64,000 bases of DNA from an uncultured Acidobacteriota bacterium (GCA_963778755.1 CAVZVJ010000002.1:19463-83462), one strand, 5' to 3'. Numbered from the stretch's first letter, positions 31,121 through 41,713 are shown. The notes: generated by a model from the sequence alone, not told the origin. Numbers and translations: made by a program.

Positions 31121-32226
31121 GCGGTCTCGCTGATCGGGTTGATGCGGATCGCCTGCTCCGCACCTTCCTCGAGTTGGTGGCGATAGATAGCCCAACCGGC
31201 CATGAGGAAGTAATCGGCCGGGAACTGGCGTCTCGTTTCGAGAAGCTGGGCTGCTCGGTGACTCAGGACCATGTTGGGAATCTGATCGCAGTGCTGCCCG
31301 GGGACAGACCGGACACCATCCTCATCTCGACCCACATGGACACCGCCGGCACCGATGTCGGGATCAAGCCGATCGTCGAGGACGGAATGATTCGGACTGA
31401 CGGCTCCACCATCCTCGGTGCCGACGACAAGTCGGGTATTGCCGGTTGCCTTGAGGTCTTGACGCTGCTCCAGGAGGATCCGGGCGCCTCGCACCCCAGC
31501 ATCGAATTCGTGATCAGCGTTGGTGAGGAGAGCGGTCTGGTTGGTTCTCGTCAGATGGATGTCAGCCAACTCAATGCCACCCACGGGTTTGTGTTCGACA
31601 CCGCGGGCGCCATTAGTGCCATCACCTATTGGGCGCCAACGTCTGTTTACATAACGGCAACGGTCCACGGCAAGAAGGTCCATGCCGGTGTGGAGCCCGA
31701 GAAGGGCATAAATGCAGTCAAGGTCGCAGCTGAGGCAATCGCTGCCATGCCCCTGGGTCGCATCGATGAGGAGACCGTGGCGAATATTGGGACCATCTCC
31801 GGAGGAGAAGCTCGAAACATCGTGCCCGGTGAAGTGGTCTTAGAGGGGATGGCTCGCAGCCACGACCAGGTGAAACTCGATGAGCAACTCGATGCGATGC
31901 GAAACGCCCTCGAGGAGGCTGCATCCTGTCACGGGGCGACCGTTGACTTCGAGGCTGAGGAGATCTATCGGACCTATCACATCGAGGAATCGGACAAGCC
32001 CTATCGGGAGGCCGCCCGAGCGATTCGCTCGCTGGGTCTCGAGGTGGTGCCTCGAAAGAGCGGTGGCGGGACCGATGGCAACTTCTTCAATGCCAAAGGC
32101 ATACCCTGTGTGGCCATGGCTACCGGCATGGTTGACGAGCACGCCACGACTGAGCACATCGCCATCGAAGATATGGTCACCGCGTGCAAGATCCTGGTGA
32201 CGATCGCCACTCAGGACCCGGAGTGA
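31117..32226 (+). CDS. M20/M42-type metallopeptidase (PepT/tripeptidase-like)
   Basis: Intact 369-aa ORF reading FLELVAIDSPTGHE...ISTHMDT...ILGADDKSGIAG...GEESGLVGS...GGGTDGN. Confidence 0.8.
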   Translation: MSGLADRVDADRLLRTFLELVAIDSPTGHEEVIGRELASRFEKLGCSVTQDHVGNLIAVLPGDRPDTILISTHMDTAGTDVGIKPIVEDGMIRTDGSTILGADDKSGIAGCLEVLTLLQEDPGASHPSIEFVISVGEESGLVGSRQMDVSQLNATHGFVFDTAGAISAITYWAPTSVYITATVHGKKVHAGVEPEKGINAVKVAAEAIAAMPLGRIDEETVANIGTISGGEARNIVPGEVVLEGMARSHDQVKLDEQLDAMRNALEEAASCHGATVDFEAEEIYRTYHIEESDKPYREAARAIRSLGLEVVPRKSGGGTDGNFFNAKGIPCVAMATGMVDEHATTEHIAIEDMVTACKILVTIATQDPE

Positions 32227-32242
32227 AGGAGGGAGCGGCACC

Positions 32243-32659
32243 ATGACCTACCTCAGAAGACAGAAGTGGGCGTTCGCCCTCGCGGCGCTCGCTCTTACCC
32301 TCGCAGCATGTGGGAATGCCGCGGAGAGGGATCTCTGTCGGGAATACAAGGATCTGCAACAGGCAGTGGCTCAGGTCGACGAGCTGGATCCTGAGACGGC
32401 AACTGCTGCCGACGCGCTGGCGATCGTGGAGAATGTGATGGCCCAACTCGACCAGTTCCAGGCTGCGTCGGACGGCCTCTACGACCAGGCGGTGTCGAAT
32501 CTGAACCTGGCGTTGGAGGATCTGAGAGTGGTGGTATTTGATGTCGGTGACGAGAGCCTCGCCGTGGCGAAGCCCCTGATGGAGGACTCGTTGACCAGCA
32601 CCGCAGCGGCATATGACGCCTTGAAGCAGCGACTCGACGTCGTCTGCGGCACGGACTGA
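32243..32659 (+). CDS. Hypothetical helical lipoprotein
   Basis: 138-aa ORF. It has the lipobox LALTLAAC, acidic helical composition and one Cys near each end. Confidence 0.6.
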   Translation: MTYLRRQKWAFALAALALTLAACGNAAERDLCREYKDLQQAVAQVDELDPETATAADALAIVENVMAQLDQFQAASDGLYDQAVSNLNLALEDLRVVVFDVGDESLAVAKPLMEDSLTSTAAAYDALKQRLDVVCGTD

Positions 32660-32674
32660 TTCCAAAGGAGACAA

Positions 32675-34015
32675 ATGGACGCCATATTCATCCTGGAAGC
32701 GTTGGTGGTGCTTGGCGCCATCGTGATGGGTACCCGCGCCGGTGGTGTCGGGATCGGGTTGTGGGGTGGCCTCGGTGTCGCCATCCTCGTATTCGTCTTC
32801 CAGGAAGCACCGGGTGAGCCGCCGATCTCCGCAATGCTCATCATCCTGGCGGTGGTGACCGCGGCTTCGATGATGCAGGTGGCAGGCGGCGTCGACTGGA
32901 TGGTCAAGGTGGCTGCAGGTGTGATCCAAGCCCACCCCAAGCAGATCACTCTCATTGCGCCGCTCACCGCTTTCGCCTTCACCGTCGGTGCGGGGACCAG
33001 CAACATCATGTACCCGCTGCTTCCGGTCATCTACGACGTGTCGTATCAGAACAACATCCGACCCTCGCGCCCACTGACTGTTGCGGTGGTGCAGTCCGGG
33101 ATGTCCCTGGCCGCCTCACCGGTCTCGGCGGCGATGGCGGCGATGTTGACCCTGACCGCGGTCGCCCCCTACAACTTCGACCTGGCGCAGATCCTTTCGA
33201 TCACTATCCCGGCCGGCATCATCGGCATCATCGTCACCGCTCTGTTCGTGGGGCGGATGGGCCTTGACATCGACGAAGATCCGGAAATCCAAGCCAAGAT
33301 TTCTTCTGGGGAGCTGCCTCGTCCCGGGACGTCCGGCACGAAGATCGAGTTGACGGCAACCAAGGAAGGCCGGAACGCGGGGATCATCTTCCTGCTCGGC
33401 GTGGTCGTCATCGTCATCTTCGGTCTGTTCCCCGATCTGCGGCCGTCCTTCGGCCCCGCAGGGGAAGCGGTTCCGATCGACATGACCACGACCATCGAGC
33501 TGGTCATGTTCAGCGTTGGTGTCCTGATCATGCTGGTGGCCCGGCCCGACGTGTCACAAGTGCCTGAGGCCTCAGTATTCAAGGCAGGCATGGTCTCGGC
33601 GATCGCCCTATTCGGAATCGCCTGGCTGACGGCCACCTTCATCGCCGCCCATGAGGAGTTCATCGTCACCACGATCGGCGGCTGGGTCAACAACGCGACG
33701 TGGATCTTCGCCCTCGCCATCTTCTTGGTTGCGGCTTTGACAACCAGCCAGTCGACGGCGACCAGGACCATCGTCCCAATCGGTCTTGCCGCCGGGCTGG
33801 CCCCTGGCTTGGTGACCGGTATGTGGGGTGGTGCGCTTGGTGGCGTGTACACCCTCCCCGCCAACGGCACTCAGATCGCAGCAGCCAACTTCGACCTGAC
33901 CGGGTCGACCAAGTTGGGGACCAAGTTGCTGGATCACAGTTTCTTCGTCCCGATGCTGATCATGACCGTCGTCTCAGTCGTGGTTGGTGCCCTGATCGGC
34001 GTCATCTTCTACTAA
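32675..34015 (+). CDS. Anaerobic C4-dicarboxylate transporter family protein (DcuA/DcuB type)
   Basis: Intact 446-aa polytopic ORF reading MDAIFILEALVVLGAIVMGTRAGGVGIGLWGGLG...TSNIMYPLLPVIYDVSYQNNIRPSRPL. Confidence 0.8.
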   Translation: MDAIFILEALVVLGAIVMGTRAGGVGIGLWGGLGVAILVFVFQEAPGEPPISAMLIILAVVTAASMMQVAGGVDWMVKVAAGVIQAHPKQITLIAPLTAFAFTVGAGTSNIMYPLLPVIYDVSYQNNIRPSRPLTVAVVQSGMSLAASPVSAAMAAMLTLTAVAPYNFDLAQILSITIPAGIIGIIVTALFVGRMGLDIDEDPEIQAKISSGELPRPGTSGTKIELTATKEGRNAGIIFLLGVVVIVIFGLFPDLRPSFGPAGEAVPIDMTTTIELVMFSVGVLIMLVARPDVSQVPEASVFKAGMVSAIALFGIAWLTATFIAAHEEFIVTTIGGWVNNATWIFALAIFLVAALTTSQSTATRTIVPIGLAAGLAPGLVTGMWGGALGGVYTLPANGTQIAAANFDLTGSTKLGTKLLDHSFFVPMLIMTVVSVVVGALIGVIFY

Positions 34016-34028
34016 TCGAGAGAGCCTG

Positions 34029-35339
34029 ATGACCACCTCTGAGAACGTAACGGCTCCCCGGATGAGCGTCCGGGGAGCTGCCTCCCTCGGGATCGGCGCC
34101 ATGGTCGGGGCAGGCATTTTCGCCCTGCTCGGTGAGGCCGGTGCAGTAGCCGGCAATGCCACCTGGTTGGCCTTCCTGCTCGGAGGGGTAGTGGCAACCC
34201 TGCTCGGATATGTCGTGGCCAAGCTGGGGGCGCGCTACCCCTCTAGGGGCGGACTGGTGACCTATCTGATGGAGGGCTACGGACCCGGGCATCTAGCCGG
34301 GGTGTTCTCCTGGTTGCTCTACTTCGCCGCCATCATCATCACCGCCATGGTCGCTGTCTCCTTCGGCAGCTATGCGGTTGCTCTGTTCATCGGTGAAGGA
34401 GCTTCCGCCACCTCGGCGAATCTCTTCACTGCCGGGGTGATTGTCGTGGTGGCGGCGATCCAGATCCTCGGCGCCGAGGCGATCTCCAAGATCCAGTCTT
34501 TGATCGTGGTGATCCTCCTGGCAGTGTTCGCGGTGTTCATCGTGGTCACCTTGGGGGAGATGGACTCGGCGCTGCTTTCGACCTCCCTCTATCCGCCGGC
34601 CTTCGACATCGTTTCCAGTGTCGCCCTCACCTTCTTCGCCTATCTCGGGTTCGCGGTGATCAGCTATGCCGGTGAGGACCTTCCCGATCCAAAACGCGAC
34701 CTCCCTAAAGCCACCTATATCGCGCTCGGGATCACTACGGCTCTCTACATCCTCATTTCGATTGGTGTGTTCGGGACGCTCACCGTCGATCAGGTCATTC
34801 AGTACGGAGAAACGGCCCTCGCCGAGGCAGCCAGGCCGGTTCTCGGTGACGCCGGGTTCGCCATGATGGCCATCGCCGCCTTGTTGGCCACTTTCACCTC
34901 GGTCAACGCCAACATCTACGGGGCGGTCGGCTCGACCTCGGCGCTGGCCAAGACCCGTCAGTTCCCGCCGATCTTCGGGAAGCGGGGCCGGTTCGGAAGC
35001 ACGGTGGGATTGACCATTTCGGCTTTGGCGATCCTTCTCCTCGCGGTCCTGGCCGATCTGAGCGCAATAGCCTCGCTCGGGAGCGTGGTCGCCTTGGTCA
35101 TCTTCCTCATGGTCGCCTTGGCCGGGCTGCGGTTACGGGCCGAAACTGGCTCCAGCCTTCTGATCATCTGGCTGGCCATTGTGTCGACTCTGGTTGTCCT
35201 CGTTGTCTTCGGGATCCAAACACTCCAGGACGCACCTGAGACCTTCGTCGCCATGGTCGTCGTTCTCGTCCTTGCGGCCATATTGGAGTACGTGTGGAGT
35301 GCGATGCGGAAGCGTCGTGAAACGGCCGGGACCGCGTAG
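34029..35339 (+). CDS. APC superfamily amino acid permease
   Basis: Intact 436-aa polytopic ORF with GAASLGIGAMVGAGIFALLGEAG. Confidence 0.8.
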   Translation: MTTSENVTAPRMSVRGAASLGIGAMVGAGIFALLGEAGAVAGNATWLAFLLGGVVATLLGYVVAKLGARYPSRGGLVTYLMEGYGPGHLAGVFSWLLYFAAIIITAMVAVSFGSYAVALFIGEGASATSANLFTAGVIVVVAAIQILGAEAISKIQSLIVVILLAVFAVFIVVTLGEMDSALLSTSLYPPAFDIVSSVALTFFAYLGFAVISYAGEDLPDPKRDLPKATYIALGITTALYILISIGVFGTLTVDQVIQYGETALAEAARPVLGDAGFAMMAIAALLATFTSVNANIYGAVGSTSALAKTRQFPPIFGKRGRFGSTVGLTISALAILLLAVLADLSAIASLGSVVALVIFLMVALAGLRLRAETGSSLLIIWLAIVSTLVVLVVFGIQTLQDAPETFVAMVVVLVLAAILEYVWSAMRKRRETAGTA

Positions 35340-35357
35340 TGAACTGAGGAGTAGGAG

Positions 35358-36701
35358 ATGTTGACCGCCGACGAAATTCGATCACGAGCCAAGGCCCTGA
35401 TGCCACAGCTCACCGAGGACCTGAAGGATCTGGTCAGCCACGCCTCCTGTTCCTTCCCCGGATATCCGGTGGAGCCGGTGACTGAGATGCGACAGGCCGC
35501 GATGGCCCTTCTGAATCGCTACGGGGCAGGTGTCCGCGAGCTCGACCTCGGTGAGGGAAAGCCCGCGATCTATGGCGAAATCCCCGGCCCGGCCGGTTCG
35601 CCAACCGTCCTTCTCTATGCCCACTATGACGTGCAGCCGGCACCCGTGGAGGCGGGTTGGGACACCGACCCCTGGACTGCTGAGATCCGAGACGGGCGGC
35701 TCTACGGGCGGGGGGCCGCCGACGACAAGAGTGGTGTCATCATCCACGCCGGCACTCTGGGTGTCTTCGAGGGGCAGTTCCCGGTCAACCTGCGGATTGT
35801 GATCGAGGGCGAGGAGGAGACGGTGAGCCATATCGGCCCGTTCGTCGACGCCCATCCCGAAATGTTTCAGGCGGACACTTATGTCATCGCTGACATGGGA
35901 AACCCGGCGGCGGGAGTGCCCGCTCTCACCACCACGCTGCGGGGCAATGTTGTATGCACGGTCAAGGTCAGTTCGCTGCACTTCCCGGCACACTCAGGGT
36001 TGTTCGGTGGCGCTGCTCCCGATGCTCTGCTCGCCCTCATTCACATCCTCGCCACGCTTCACGACGATGCTGGTGACACCGTGGTTCCCGGCCTCGCTGC
36101 CTTCGAATGGTCCGGAACCGAGATGGAGGAGGACGCGTTCCGCACCGCCGCCGGCATGGTCGACGGGGCCGAACTGATCGGCTCAGGAACCCTTGGCGCC
36201 CGCCTCTGGTCCCGACCGGCAGCCTCGGTGATCGGTATCGACGCCCCGACGGTCAAGGACGCCGCCAATGTGGTGCTCCCCGAAGCCGCAGCCAAGATAT
36301 CGATGCGGGTCCCACCGGGCGCCGATTCAGAGCACGAGCTCAGCCTGCTCATGGATCACCTCAAGAGGGTGGCGCCGTGGGGTGTCGAGGTCGAGGTGGA
36401 GAAGGTCCGGGTTGGCTACCCATTCTCAGCGAGGATGGACGGCCCGGCGGTCAAGGCGGCGATGGCTGCCATGGGAGCCGCGTTTGACACTGATGCAGGG
36501 GAGATGGGTAGCGGGGGATCCATACCGCTGGTAGCCCGCCTCCAGGGCATCAGCCCGAATGCCGAGGTGATCCTCTGGGGTGCCGAAGACATCGCCCTGG
36601 CCAAGATCCATGCCTCGAACGAGAGTGTCGATCTGAATGAGATCGAGCGACTGATCGTGGCCCAGGCGCTCACCCTGCAGACTCTGGGCTCCGGCGGCTA
36701 G
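35358..36701 (+). CDS. M20 family dipeptidase
   Basis: Intact 447-aa ORF reading LLYAHYDVQP...GRGAADDKSG...IEGEEE...GGSIP. Confidence 0.8.
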   Translation: MLTADEIRSRAKALMPQLTEDLKDLVSHASCSFPGYPVEPVTEMRQAAMALLNRYGAGVRELDLGEGKPAIYGEIPGPAGSPTVLLYAHYDVQPAPVEAGWDTDPWTAEIRDGRLYGRGAADDKSGVIIHAGTLGVFEGQFPVNLRIVIEGEEETVSHIGPFVDAHPEMFQADTYVIADMGNPAAGVPALTTTLRGNVVCTVKVSSLHFPAHSGLFGGAAPDALLALIHILATLHDDAGDTVVPGLAAFEWSGTEMEEDAFRTAAGMVDGAELIGSGTLGARLWSRPAASVIGIDAPTVKDAANVVLPEAAAKISMRVPPGADSEHELSLLMDHLKRVAPWGVEVEVEKVRVGYPFSARMDGPAVKAAMAAMGAAFDTDAGEMGSGGSIPLVARLQGISPNAEVILWGAEDIALAKIHASNESVDLNEIERLIVAQALTLQTLGSGG

Positions 36702-37378
36702 TCACTCCGGGAGGTTCGGGTCGACCGGTCGCCGGATCTCCTGTGGGGGGTTAGGTCGACCGGGCCTGGTGTCACCCAGCCACGCCATACGCCGATGGCC
36801 CTGATGAGGACCACGAGTCCCATGCTCGCCAGAGCAATGAGGTTGCCCGGTAGGTCGGTCCATATCACGAGCCCTGTATAAAGGGAAGCGCCCGCCAGCG
36901 CCGCGGATGCGTATGGAGCGTCTCTTCGGAATGCGTGCGGTGGTGAGTCGCCAACTAGCACGTCCCGTAGTAGACCCCCTCCAATCCCGGTCACGACTCC
37001 GAGCATCACGGCAGATATCGGCGGGAGGTTGAACAGCAACGCCCGTGAGGCTCCAACAGTGGTGAACAGGCCGAGGGCTAGGGCATCGACTCCCGCCACC
37101 AGGACTCGGAGACGGTCGACCAACGACCCGAAGAACATTCCAACTATTCCCGCAGCGATAACCGTGTAGAGATAGGCGGGATTGCCAAGGGCCAGAGGAC
37201 GGGTACCGAGCAGGATGTCTCGGAGCACCCCACCTCCCAGGCCACCGACGACGGCCATAGCGCCGATTCCAACAGCGTCGAGGCCGCGGCCCGCCCCGAA
37301 GACCGCACCGGCCAGCGCGCCGGCAACGATCGCGGTCAACTCCATCCACAGTGGGGGAGCGACGAGGGACACGTCCAT
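36698..37378 (-). CDS. Trimeric intracellular cation channel (TRIC/UPF0126, 'glycine transporter' repeat) family membrane protein
   Basis: The likely start is ATG 37378 (MDVSLVAPPLWMELTAIV). Two repeats carry GGLGGGVLRDILLG and TGIGGGLLRDVLVG. Confidence 0.75.
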   Translation of the reverse strand: MDVSLVAPPLWMELTAIVAGALAGAVFGAGRGLDAVGIGAMAVVGGLGGGVLRDILLGTRPLALGNPAYLYTVIAAGIVGMFFGSLVDRLRVLVAGVDALALGLFTTVGASRALLFNLPPISAVMLGVVTGIGGGLLRDVLVGDSPPHAFRRDAPYASAALAGASLYTGLVIWTDLPGNLIALASMGLVVLIRAIGVWRGWVTPGPVDLTPHRRSGDRSTRTSRSD

Positions 37379-37517
37379 ATCTTTCGATGCTATCGGCCGA
37401 AGTTGACGGCTCATGAGCATCGTTTCGGTCCCAGCACTGGTAGGTGCGGTTGTCGATAGAGTTGAACGGCGGTTCAGTAAAACGAGGAGGAGCCTGTTGG
37501 CCAACGAACGCAGTGAG

Positions 37518-38676
37518 ATGTTGGAGAAGAGCAGCACGCTCTATTTCGGACCCTGGTATCGGCAGTCGCCCTTCTTCAAGTCGACCCTGGCCGCCGGCTG
37601 CTCCGCATATGACATCTACAACCACATGTATCTGCCGGCCTACTACGACGACCCGGATGTCGAGTACTGGGCCCTGGTCAACGGGGTGACGATGTGGGAC
37701 GTCGGGGTCGAGCGCACTGTGGAGGTGAGTGGCAAGGACGCGGATCGACTGATCGACTACATCACGTGCCGTGACCTGACCAAGTGTGCGGTCGGCCAGG
37801 GAAAGTACATGCCGGTGATCGCCCCGGACGGTGGGATCGTCAACGACCCGGTCCTCCTCCACGTCGCCGAGAAGCGGTGGTGGATGCAGTTGGCCGACTC
37901 CGACGCCGGGCTCTACGCCTTGGGTGTGGCCGCCGGGCGTTTCGATGTCGACGTCACCCTGCCGGATGTTCACCCGATGCAGGTTCAGGGGCCTTTGGCG
38001 GCCAAGACGATTGAGAAGCTGGTTGGGCCAACGATCTATGACATCAAGTACTACTGGCTGGCGGAATTCGACATCAATGGGATCCCGGTGGTGGTCAGCC
38101 GCACCGGCTGGACGGCGATCCCCGGGTTCGAGATCAACATCCTCGACCGAAGTGGGGGCGCTGATCTCTGGGACGCGGTTGCTGATGCGGGTGAGGAATT
38201 CGGGATCCGGCCGATCGCCCCCTGCGAGGCACGTCGGATCGAGGCCGGCATCTTCAATTACGGGTCTGACATGACTCTCGGCGACACCCCGTTCCATGTC
38301 AGCGGGATGGAGAGGTTGGTCGAGCCCCAGCAACAGGACTACCTGGGCAAGGATGCGCTGGAGCGTCTCCGGGAGACCGGCGTCGATCGCAAGCTGGTTG
38401 GCATGTTCCTCGAGGGCGACGAGTTGCGAGCGGAGTTGTCCGAGGTCTGGCCGGTGTTCTCCGGCGGCCGTCAGGTAGGAAGAGTCACGGACGCGGTGCT
38501 GGTCTCCAGGGCTTGAGCAGAACATCGGATACATGTGGGTTCCGATCGAGCTATCGGACCCAGGCACTCGTCTCGACGTGGTCACCGAAGACGGTGCGGA
38601 ATTGATGGCTGTGGTCGCCTCCTTGCCGTTTGTCGACCCGAAAAAGGAAGCCCCAGCACACAGCCTCAGGGTGTGA
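37518..38676 (+). CDS. Aminomethyltransferase (GcvT) family protein with a DmdA-like layout, apparent 1-nt insertion near the C-terminus
   Basis: The ORF is 37413..38516, with ATG 37518 the preferred start. It reads YDIYNHMYLPAYYDDPDVEYWALVNGVTMWDVGVERTVEVSGKDA...PMQVQGP. After ...GRVTDAV the +1 frame continues WSPGLEQNIGYMWVPIELSDPGTRLDVVTEDGAELMAVVASLPFVDPKKE to the TGA at 38676. The shift lies near 38493-38502. Confidence 0.75.
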
Positions 38677-38693
38677 GAGATAAGGAAGACGCA

Positions 38694-39086
38694 ATGGCCA
38701 TCGATCTGGAAAACTGGTTGGAGAGCTACCGGCGGGCCTGGGAGGAGAAGGACTCCAACGGCGCTGCCGCATTGTTCAGCGAGGACGCCACCTATCGATC
38801 GAACATCTTCGAGGATCCCTACCAGGGTCGGGAAGGTGTCTTCTCCTACTGGTCTGAAGTGACCAGCACCCAGGAAGGGGTATCGGTGAAGATGGGCCAG
38901 CCGTTCGTCGACGGAAATCGGGTGGCTGCCGAGTTCTGGACGGTGATGAGTAGTGAAGGCACGGAAATCACACTGCCCGGGTGCCTGTTGTTGGAGTTCA
39001 ACGACGACGGCCTCTGTCGAAGCCTCCGCGAGTACTGGCAGGTAGAGGTCGGGCCGCACACACCGCCGCCCGAGTGGGGAACCTGA
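38694..39086 (+). CDS. SnoaL-like/NTF2-fold protein
   Basis: ATG 38694 follows AAGGAAG. It reads MAIDLENWLESYRRAWEEKDSNGAAALFSEDATYRSN. Confidence 0.65.
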   Translation: MAIDLENWLESYRRAWEEKDSNGAAALFSEDATYRSNIFEDPYQGREGVFSYWSEVTSTQEGVSVKMGQPFVDGNRVAAEFWTVMSSEGTEITLPGCLLLEFNDDGLCRSLREYWQVEVGPHTPPPEWGT

Positions 39087-39097
39087 GTCCAGATCGA

Positions 39098-40181
39098 TCA
39101 GTCGGGACGCTTCACCCGACCGCCGACGGCGAGCGCAACCAGCCCAGAGATCAGGAGCAACGAACCGGCCGCCACCCACGGTGACGCGCTCGCCCCGGTG
39201 ACCGGAAGTATCTCCGCAGTCGTCGTGGTGGCCGGAGTGGTCGTGGTGGTGACGGCGGCGATACATGGCGGACGGGGGACTACTGATCCGGGAGCGGTGC
39301 TGAGACAGGCTTGGAGACCCAGGTTCGTCCCGGTGAAGACAGTGGCCCCGGCGTTCACCGCATAGGTGAAGGGATCCTGCAATCCGCCAACCAGGTTGGG
39401 ATCGGAGAGGTCGACCCAGATGTCACCGATGAACACTGGCTGCAATGCGCCGGGCGCGGGGACGGGTGGCGGTCCGTTGTTGGCGCATGGCCCAAAACCG
39501 AGATCGAACGGTGGGATTACGCCCACGGCGAATGAGTAGGTGTCAGGGAGGCCCGTGACCTGCCATTGCCCCGCCGAGTCGGTCATCGTCGGGATCACGA
39601 ATGGCGGCGAGGTTAGAACGTAGATGCAGGCTTGGGCTCACCGGTGCACCGCCTACCGTGATGACCGTGCCGGAGAGGGTGACTGACCCCAGGGGAGGCG
39701 CAGCCTGGAGGCCGTTGGTGCTGTAGGTCGCCACCGCTTCGCTGGCGGAGCTGGCGATGGCGCTGATGTTGGCTCCCGAACCAGGGTTCACGGCGGCGCC
39801 GACGTCGACGAACACCGACAGGGTCTGCGGGCTGTTCACACTCTGTCCGTCCCAATCACAGGTGACGGTTGTCGCCCCCTCGACGCAGTTGGTCAGCTGG
39901 GAGCTGGTCCCTGCGGGGTCGAGGCGAAGGGTGCCAAAGCTGGTGTCCGGGAACTCGATACCGACAGTGATCGGCCCGCTGTCGGCCGATAGTGAAAACG
40001 TCGCCGTGGCCGTGGCGGTCGACCCGGCGGGCACCGGATTGGGGCTCGGGTTGTTCATGGTCGCCGACAATTCAGGGATGATCGCCCATGCGGGAAGGGC
40101 ATATCCGATGACCAGGGTGGCAGTCGTCAGACACACTGCTCCAAGGCGCGCGTATCTGTTGCGATGCGAACTGGCATTCAT
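39098..40181 (-). CDS. Secreted surface protein with an LPXTG-like sortase signal, one apparent frameshift
   Basis: ORF 39543..40181 supplies the signal peptide (LTTATLVIGYALPAWA). ORF 39098..39598 ends LPVTGASASPWVAAGSLLLISGLVALAVGGRVKRPD. The join reads ...TLSGTVITVGGAPV then AQACIYVLTSPPFVIPTMTDSAGQWQVTGLPDTY (carboxypeptidase-regulatory-like), near 39630-39648. Confidence 0.7.
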
Positions 40182-40279
40182 TCGAGGCTCTCTGTCCGTC
40201 GGGGTCGACTGATCGATGATGACACCCCGCTACGGGGTCTCTTGGATTATCGGTCGGTTGACGCCGAGCTTCAGTCCAC

Positions 40280-41173
40280 CTATTCGGGTTGATACTTGAA
40301 CTCGAAAACCCTTTCCCGACCCAGATCGTCGGAGACGTTGACCACGAACGCCTGCCCGGCAGGTGCCTCAGGGAAGAACACATGGATCTCCCATTGCCCT
40401 TCGCCATTCACGACGACGGTTCCCGAGCCGTACTCGGATTGGACCGACACCGTCGACCCCGGTTCACCCTTGCCGTAGTACACGTCGTAGGGCGGAGTCA
40501 GGGCGCACACACCGAAGGTGGCGCTGGCCACGAATTCGGCGTGCTCCTTGACGACGGTGGTTGCGGTGGTCGATTCGACAACCGCGTAGGTGACCGTGAT
40601 CCCCGCGCCGGTGGTGTTGCCCGCGGCGTCTCGGGCCATGACCTCGATGTGGTTCGAGCCTTTGACCAGATTGAGGGTCAGTGACCACGAGCCATCCACA
40701 TCGACATTGGCTTTTCGCTCACCGGACTTGACCACAGCCCCTGGCTCCGTGACTCCGACGACGGTGACCTCGGCCTTGTGGACTTCTGCACCGTCGCTCG
40801 GCGAGATGATCTCCAGCAGTGGCGGCGTGAGGTCTGCGGGGACGGTGGTCACCGTGGGCGCCTTGGTCGTCACCACGGCTGGCTCGATCGGCCGAAGGAA
40901 CAGACCAGGTTCGATCAACGAGATCGAAGGTGCCGGCAAAGTCGTTGTTGGGGTGGTTACCGGTGGCGTCTCGGGCGCTGGCTCCGCAACCAGAGCCACC
41001 GCGACTGCGGAGCCGAGCACCAGACAAGCCGCGATCAGCGCCAGACGCAGGCTGGGTCGACGTCGCACTATTACCGGGACCGGGGCCGATCCATGATGAA
41101 GCGGTGCCGATTCCACAGCGGCCTTCAGGTTCTCGGCGGCCCTGCGGGCGATGGTGTCGAGATCACGACTCAT
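40280..41173 (-). CDS. Single-pass membrane protein downstream of the ECF sigma factor (candidate anti-sigma factor) with an extracytoplasmic two-domain module
   Basis: ATG 41173 overlaps the sigma factor stop. It reads MSRDLDTIARRAAENL..., then a TM helix (LALIAACLVLGSAVAVALV), a Pro/Thr linker, and DLTPPLLEIISPSDGAEV...NHIEVMARDAAGN...PPYDVYYGKGEPGS...SEYGSG. The upstream part of ORF 40280..41569 is the wrong frame of the sigma gene. Confidence 0.6.
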   Translation of the reverse strand: MSRDLDTIARRAAENLKAAVESAPLHHGSAPVPVIVRRRPSLRLALIAACLVLGSAVAVALVAEPAPETPPVTTPTTTLPAPSISLIEPGLFLRPIEPAVVTTKAPTVTTVPADLTPPLLEIISPSDGAEVHKAEVTVVGVTEPGAVVKSGERKANVDVDGSWSLTLNLVKGSNHIEVMARDAAGNTTGAGITVTYAVVESTTATTVVKEHAEFVASATFGVCALTPPYDVYYGKGEPGSTVSVQSEYGSGTVVVNGEGQWEIHVFFPEAPAGQAFVVNVSDDLGRERVFEFKYQPE

Positions 41174-41708
41174 TTGGCACCTCCACTCCGAGACGGGCGG
41201 CCAGGGCCTGACGGCCCCTGAATAGATGGACCTTGGCGGTGTTGGGGCTGCAGCCGAGGATCTCCGAGATCTCGGCGACGGAGCGATCCTCGAGGTAGTG
41301 CAGTGTGATCGCTTGGGTCTGACGGGTTGGAAGCTCTCGAACCAGATTCCAGAATTGCTCGTCCTCGGGCTCGAGCATGGGGAGCTCGATCGGCGTCTGG
41401 CCGGCGAGACGCTCCAGAGCCTTGCGCTCTGCGGTCTTTCTTCGAAATGCTGAGATCGCCATGTTCGCCACCACCCGTCGCACCCAGGCGTCGGGCTTCT
41501 CGTACGCCCCAATTCGGTCCCATCGCTGGTGAGCCGCGATGAAGGCCTCCTGGGCGAGGTCTTCGGCACCTGACCTGCTGCCAGAAAGGGCGTAGGCCAG
41601 GGCTACCACTTTTCGGTACTCGCGTTCGTAGAAGCTCTCAAAGGCCTCCACGACGATCGCTGCGGTGGTGCCACTGGAAACCGTCTGACTCCGAATCCGT
41701 GCCGTCAC
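41163..41708 (-). CDS. ECF (sigma-70 family group 4) RNA polymerase sigma factor
   Basis: Intact 181-aa ORF. Region 2 reads AEDLAQEAFIAAHQRWDRI. Region 4 reads LPTRQTQAITLHYLEDRSVAEISEILGCSPNTAKVHLFRGRQAL. Confidence 0.9.
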   Translation of the reverse strand: MTARIRSQTVSSGTTAAIVVEAFESFYEREYRKVVALAYALSGSRSGAEDLAQEAFIAAHQRWDRIGAYEKPDAWVRRVVANMAISAFRRKTAERKALERLAGQTPIELPMLEPEDEQFWNLVRELPTRQTQAITLHYLEDRSVAEISEILGCSPNTAKVHLFRGRQALAARLGVEVPNES

Positions 41709-41713
41709 GATTC

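Noticed and set aside
36702-39266. An 854-aa ORF on the minus strand, the longest in the track.
   Set aside because: Its translation is Arg/Gly/Pro-rich and low in complexity. It lies antisense to three well-supported plus-strand genes (GcvT-like, SnoaL-like) and overlaps the TRIC gene in another frame. This is a typical high-GC shadow ORF.
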